Shown piece after piece: positions 56,230 to 64,000 of a DNA stretch of 64,000 bases; position 1 is the first letter of the stretch; the number at the start of each line of letters is the position of its first letter. Location of the stretch: the NCBI GenBank assembly GCA_951406725.2, contig OX597843.1:7936001-8000000 (forward strand), in the 5' to 3' direction. Origin of the DNA: Octopus vulgaris. Lineage: Eukaryota. Under the pieces are notes generated by a model that ran no database searches, was not told where the DNA came from, and saw only the letters and a program-made list of their open reading frames with translations. The translations under genes and the position numbers were made by a program.

Positions 56230-57660
56230 GCTTTTATAGTTTTGTTGGAATGTACGAGAAGTCCTAGAGAATCGACACATTTTCTCCCTCAGTCACAGCT
56301 TCAGGATGGTGTTTATACCATTTCTCAGCGGTTTTGATTCTATAATGCCGACATATTATCCAGAGTAAATACTGGCCGACTCTGTCATGTCTTGCTTTAT
56401 ATTCTACAGGTGCTAAGACTCTACACCCTGAGATTAGGTGGTCTATAGTTTCAATCTCATCGTTACGGAATCGGCATCTTGGGTCAGCTCCATTTTTCAT
56501 CACATTGGCTTGGTAGTTCCGGGTTCATAAGCATTGGTCTTGAGCAGCTAATATGAAACCTTCACTCTCTGCTTTTAGCCCTAAACTTCGTAGCAATTGA
56601 TGCGTGTGTTTCTGGTCGACATCAGCTTGTTTGCTACGGGCCACATACTTGCCATGCAGAGGTTTCTGTTTCTATCTGCTTGCTAACTTTTCATACGCTT
56701 TTGTCTTTGCAATCAATTTTATTTTCTTTGCGGCAGCAGTTGGCGCATTTCCTTCAGCCTGATCAATCTGGTAGGTATCCATCACTGTGACCAGTACCAT
56801 CTTCATCCACACCAGCACCATCATAACTACCACCACCACCACCACCACCACCATCATCACCACCACCACCATCATCATCATCACCACCATCATCACCACC
56901 ACCACCATCACCACCACCATCATCATCATCACCACCACCACCATCATCACCACTACCACCATCATCACCACCACCATCATCATTACCACCACCATCATCA
57001 CCACCACCACCACCACCACCACCATCACCACCACCACCACCACCACCACCACCATCATCACCACCACCATCATCACCACCACCACCACCACCACCATCAT
57101 CACCACCACCACCACCACCACCACCACCATCATCACCACCACCATCATCACCACCACCACCATCACCACCACCATCATCATCATCACCACCACCACCATC
57201 ATCACCACTACCACCATCATCACCACCACCATCATCATTACCACCACCATCATCACCACCACCACCACCACCACCACCATCATCACCACCACCACCACCA
57301 CCACCACCATCATCATCATCACCACCATCATCATCACCACCACCACCATCACCACCACCACCATCATCATCACTACCATCGTTAACCGAAAATAATAAGA
57401 GTATAAAATAAATGTACATAGGCGCAGGAGTGGCTGTGTGGTAAGAAGCTTGCTAACAAACCACATGGTTCCGGGTTCAGTCCCACTGCGTGGCACCTTG
57501 GGCAAGTGTCTTCTACTATAGCCTCGGGCCGACCAAAGCCTTGTGAGTGGATTTGGTAGACGGAAACGATCTTTTTGCTCTCTTTCAGAATAGAGTGAAG
57601 TTTTTTCGGTCTTTCATGTTTTTCAACAAGTTTTAGCATCCAATCGTTGGTTCTTTCAAG
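56230..57660 (-). mobile_element. R4/Dong-clade LINE fragment split by an insertion at ~56775-57567
   Basis: KPLHGKY, GLKAESEGFILAAQDQ, CRF..ETIDHLISGC..YKARHD, WYKHHPEAVTE..IL; upstream part resumes at 57568. Confidence 0.85.
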
Positions 57661-57926
57661 GTATTGTTATTATTATTAAGGCGGCGATCGGGCAGAATCG
57701 TTACTCGACCGGGCAAAATGCTATCAGTGTTTTGTTTGTCTTTGCGTTCTGAGCCCAAATTCCGTCGAGGTTGACTTCGCTTTTCCTCAGCCCTTTCAGG
57801 ATCGAAAAATAGTGTCATTTTTGCACCGAGGTCTTTGCCATCGACTATCCGTTCCCTAGCAATTTCAGGCCCCATTGTGCCTAAAGTATATAGGGCTACT
57901 ACTACTACTACTACTACTACTACTAT

Positions 57927-57964
<38 letters not shown>

Positions 57965-58090
57965 AAACTGCTATCACTACTACTACTACAACTACTACTA
58001 CTACAACTACTACAACTACTACTACCACAACTACTACTTCTACTACTACTACAGCACCACCGCCACCTCTGCTGCTACAACAAACACCAT

Positions 58091-58126
<36 letters not shown>

Positions 58127-58239
58127 CTACCACCACCACCACTACAATTACTACTTCTGCTATCACCGCTACTACCACTATTCCTACTACTACCACCACT
58201 AACTCAGCTATTACCACCACTACCGCCACCACCGCCACC

Positions 58240-58286
<47 letters not shown>

Positions 58287-58505
58287 CATCACTGAATGAC
58301 GCATGCCCTGTGTTGCTAGCCGTAGGAGGACATGTTATGCCTTTCTGCATCATGCTCCGCCTCTCCCCTCTCCTACTCCCGCCGCCCCAAACTCCACTCT
58401 TTACGCGCAGACTTCTCTTTTGAATTCGGTCACGTGACCCACGACTCATTTAGCCATTACAACGCTGCCGTTCATACTCCACGCGCACGCGCAAACAAGA
58501 GCACG

Positions 58506-58546
<41 letters not shown>

Positions 58547-58591
58547 TACCCTATACACAAAAAACGCACGCGTACATCACATATACATACA

Positions 58592-58625
<34 letters not shown>

Positions 58626-58863
58626 CATACATAACTACGCACGTATGTACTTGTCTGTGAATGTATGTATATATATACTGACGGATATATATATATATAT
58701 ACATCTATATGCACGTACATCTATACATGTATATGTGTTTGTGTGTGGGTGTGTTTAAGCACGTGCCGTGTATGTGCTGCGTGTTGTATACATATCTATA
58801 CCTACTTATATATATATATATATATACATACACATACATGTATATATATGTATATACATATAC

Positions 58864-58924
<61 letters not shown>

Positions 58925-59032
58925 TATATACACACACACACGTATATATACATGCATACACACATTTCTAAAATCTGGGTATATGATCATATACAAGTAT
59001 GCACATATACATATGAATCGGTATATACACAC

Positions 59033-59136
<104 letters not shown>

Positions 59137-59679
59137 TATATACATATATATATATATATATGGTTCAGTTATGGTTTTATTCCAGTTCAACTGAACACCA
59201 GCTCACGTCTACCACCACCACCACCAATACTACTACCACCACCACCACTACCACCCCTACTCCTACTGCAACTCTCTCCTCCCACCCACCCCTACACAGG
59301 CCTCACCCCCCGTCCTATCACAAACCCTTATACAGCCCCGGGCAGACATACACTAACTAGTATCAGCGTGAGCGCATCATATCGGCCATTGTCTGACGGG
59401 CAAGTGTGTTGATTTGCATGTTTGCCGTTGCATTCGCGTTCGTTTCTTTTTCTTTCTTGTTTTTTCCCAGTTTACATTTTTTCTTCCTTTTTTTTTTCCA
59501 TCTTCCTTTTCTTTTTTCTTTTTTTCTTGTTGTTGTACTTTTGTTTGTTCTTTTCTTTGTGCTTTACATTTCATTTCCTTTTTTTCATTCTTCTTCTTCT
59601 TCGTATAATAGTAATAATAATCATCATTATTATAATTATTATTATTATAATTATTATTATTATATTATTATTATTGTTA

Positions 59680-59710
<31 letters not shown>

Positions 59711-59733
59711 CATTATTATTATTATTATTATTA

Positions 59734-59791
<58 letters not shown>

Positions 59792-59897
59792 CATTATTAT
59801 TATTATTATATTATTATTGTCATTATTATTATTATAATTATTATTATATTATTATTGTTATTATTATTGATATTATTGCTATTATTATTATTATTAT

Positions 59898-59929
<32 letters not shown>

Positions 59930-59964
59930 TTTGTAGTTGTTGTTTTTCCAGCATCCTTTTTATA

Positions 59965-60012
<48 letters not shown>

Positions 60013-60337
60013 GCTACTACTAAAGAAACAGAACATAAAAGAAATCATGATTTTTATCATGTTCATCCTCGTCATCATCATCATCATCAACATCATCATT
60101 ATTATTATTATCATTACTATTATCATTACTATTATTATTATTATTATCATTACTATTATTATTATTATTATTATCATTACTATTATTATTATTATTATTA
60201 TCATTACTATTATTATTATTATTATCATTATCATTATTATTATTGTTATTGTCATTTTTACTGTTATTATTTACTATTATCATCATCAATCGTATTTATC
60301 ATTATTTATCATTGACATCATTATTCAACATCATCAC

Positions 60338-60446
<109 letters not shown>

Positions 60447-60994
60447 GTTGTTGTAGTTATTGTTGTAATTTTCATAATTAATTACTGTTATTTGTTGTAG
60501 TAGCGGCACTAGTGGCAGCCATGTTGACGTTGTTTCCCTCTTGTTTATTTTGCAAAGTCTTTGTCGTTATATATTTTGATATTTATTGTTGTTGGTCAAC
60601 TTTATTAAGATTTCAATTATTGTAACGACAAATAATGATAATGATAATTACGATACTCGTCGTAATTAGATTTACTTCGCCTTTATTCTATTAGAATTCT
60701 CTGTCGTTGTACTTTTCCCCTTCCTCCTCCTCCGCCACCGCATCCTTTATTCTACATTGTATTATACTCTTTTACTCTTGTACTTGTTTCAGTCATTTGA
60801 CTGTGGTGGCCATGCTGGAGCACCGCCTTTAGTAGGAATCGACCCCCCAGGATCACATGGTTCCGAGTTCAGTTCCACTGCATGGTTCCTTGAGTAAGTG
60901 TCTTCTTCTCTAGCCTCGGGCCGACCAAAGCCTTGTGAGTGGATTTGAGAGAGGGAAACTGCAAGAAGCCTGTCGTGCATATATATATATATAT

Positions 60995-61375
60995 ACTCTT
61001 TTACTTGTTTCGGTCATTTGACTGTGGCCATGCTGGAGCACCGCCTTTTAGTCGAGCAAATCGACCACCCAGGACTTATTCTTTGTAAGCCTAGTACTTA
61101 TTCTATCGGTCTCTTTTGCCGAAACGGTAAGTTACGGGAACGTAAACACACCAGCATCGGTTGTCAAGCGATGTTGGGGGGACAAACACGGACACACAAA
61201 CATATACACACACATACATATATATATACATATATACGACGGGCTTCTTTCAGTTTCCGTCTACCAAATCCACTCACAAGGCTTTGGTCGGCCACTTGCC
61301 CAACGTGCCACGCAGTGGGACTGAATCCGGAACCATGCAGTTGGTAAGCAAGCTACTTAACACATAGCCACTCCT
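60995..61375 (-). mobile_element. Near full-length SINE family A
   Basis: Reverse complement of 53913-54327 with an internal deletion. Confidence 0.88.
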
Positions 61376-61541
61376 CCAAATGGTTATACTCACAATCAAG
61401 AATGGAGTTTTCTTGAGTATTGTATTTGTAGATCATTTAGTCATTTTGGTTAGCAATAAGGTATTTTTTCCGTTGAAGAAATAGTCATGCTTACAATTGA
61501 GAGTTCCAACTGAGATTTCTAATTTTTCTGGAATATTTAAA

Positions 61542-61647
<106 letters not shown>

Positions 61648-61796
61648 TTGATTATTTTGAATGACTCAATGTTGTGGATTCAAGGTTACTTGATGTCCAC
61701 CTGCCGGGCATTTTCTTATATTTCAAGGAAAAATTCCTATTCCCACAAAATAGCGAACGCTATGAATGGACAGGGGCTCGGGGCTCCGGGCTTAAG

Positions 61797-61844
<48 letters not shown>

Positions 61845-62039
61845 GATGTTTTACAAACATATAATATATATGTATATACATATATATATATATATGAGTG
61901 TATTCATGTATGTTTATACATACATACATACATACACACATACATACATACATACATGCATATATATATATGAAAGTATTTATGTACGTACGTCCGTGTT
62001 TATATGTACATCATATATATGGATGTTTCTATATATATG

Positions 62040-62098
<59 letters not shown>

Positions 62099-62403
62099 GT
62101 GTATGTATGTATATATATGTGTATGTATAGATAGATTGATCGATATGAAGTCTGTACATATATGCATATGTAAAGCTATACAGAAATAAATGCGTACACA
62201 CAAAGACACACACAGAAACACACACATATACACACACACACACAAACATATACATACACAGACTCACAGACTGATAAATACAGTCACAGATATGTACAGT
62301 GTATATGAGTGTACATGCATAACTACAAAAATTATATATATATATATATATATGTACTAGAAAACATCATCATCATCATCATTATCATTATTATTATTAT
62401 TAA

Positions 62404-62491
<88 letters not shown>

Positions 62492-62797
62492 GGAATGTAT
62501 GATTTGGTGGATGGGGATGATGCTGATGCTGGTGTCGATAATAGGGAGTGATAAGGAAATGGGGATATTCAGGTGCATTGTAAGGGAACCGAAGAAGGTG
62601 AGACAACCAGCAAGACGGGAGGGGGAGGAGAGTGGAGTGATGGGCGGTGGGGTTGCGTGGGATGCACCTATTCTTAACCCCAATACTCTCGTTGAATAAG
62701 GGATAATTTTAGGGGTCAGCCTCATGATTCAGAACGCAATTATACATATATGTAAACTTCGTCATATGTTTTATTATTGTTGTTGTTATTGTTGCTA

Positions 62798-62865
<68 letters not shown>

Positions 62866-63502
62866 CATTGTTGTTATTCTGACCCAGCAAAGACATATTT
62901 TTTACTATCTGTTTATCACATTTTACTGTAATCTTATTATTATCATTATTGTGGTTATTATCATCATCATCATCATCATCATCATCATTATTATAATTAT
63001 TATTACTCAGGCGGCGTGTTGGCCGAATCGTTAGCGGTATTTCGGTTGCCGCTACGTTCTGAGTTCAAATGCCGCCTTGGTCGACTTTGCTTTTCATCAT
63101 TTTCGGGGTCGATTAAATAAGTACCAGTTACGCACTGGAGTCGATGTAATCGTCTAGCCTCTTTCCCCCGAAATTTCAGGCCTTGTGCCTACTGCAGGAA
63201 CGATTACTATATTTATTATTGTTGTGGAGGCTCGCTGGCAGAATCGCTGGTACGCCAGGCATGATGCTTAGCAGTGTGTCGTCCGTCTTCACGTTCTCAG
63301 TTCAAAATCCGCCGAAGTTGATTTTGCCTTTCGTCCTTTCCGAATCGAGGAAGTACCAGTTCTCAACTGGGGGTCAATATAATCGAATTCCTCACTTAAA
63401 CGAATTTTCTGGCCTTGTACCAAAATTTCGAATTCAACATAAGGGATCGTGTATCACAGAAAGAATTTTTATTTTTTCAAAGTAACAAACAAGATTATGT
63501 TC

Positions 63503-63579
<77 letters not shown>

Positions 63580-63613
63580 TAGATGGATAGATAGATAGAT
63601 AAATGGATAGATA

Positions 63614-63843
63614 AGTTTCTTTATTGGCCACACAGGGCTGCACACAGATGGAACAAATTACAATGTAGAGCTTTTCTTTTGGGGGATGAAAAAATAAAGT
63701 GGCGTAGGTTTTCGATCAAAAGGGATCGTAAAAGGGAAAAAAGAAAACAAGAAAAAAAAGGAAAAGAAAAAAGAAAAGAAAAAAGAGGAAAAGAAAAAAA
63801 GAAAAGAAAAAAGAAAAAAGAAAAAAGGGGAAGAGGAAAAATG
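63614..63843 (-). mobile_element. Short 3'-end fragment of a Tx1-related element inside (GATA)n
   Basis: Minus-strand end TTGTTCCATCTGTGTGCAGCCCTGTGTGGCCAATAAAGAAAC resembles the Tx1 tail; TACGATCCCT shared with the 3' UTR at ~10812. Confidence 0.6.
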
Positions 63844-63846
63844 ATG

Positions 63847-63947
<101 letters not shown>

Positions 63948-64000
63948 ATAGATAGATGGATAGATAAATGATGGATAGATAGACAGACAGACAGATTTAG

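Overview
Eukaryotic (animal) genomic DNA, extremely rich in microsatellites and transposons. The SINE families resemble octopus repeats as I recall them; this was not searched. No host protein-coding gene can be called with confidence, and almost all ORF-track entries are translations of simple repeats. Main elements: a full-length Tx1-type (L1 clade) LINE with a 16-bp TSD and an intact 1132-aa ORF2 (26672-31918, minus); a degraded RTE LINE with a ~71-bp TSD; R4/Dong-type LINE fragments; a DD41D Tc1/mariner nested in a mariner; non-autonomous Helitrons; three tRNA-derived SINE families; several minisatellites; one 100-N gap. The most striking unannotated signal is in small non-coding inserts sitting in or next to (TA)n tracts. 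At least five unrelated sequence families each carry a type I hammerhead ribozyme motif (CUGANGA...GAAA...UH) with a palindromic stem III, and several are arranged as inverted or partial-tandem copies. This fits non-autonomous Penelope-like (retrozyme-like) elements. A SINE also shares its 3' tail with the Tx1 LINE, and a perfectly homogeneous GC-rich 70-bp hairpin array follows a Helitron-like head.
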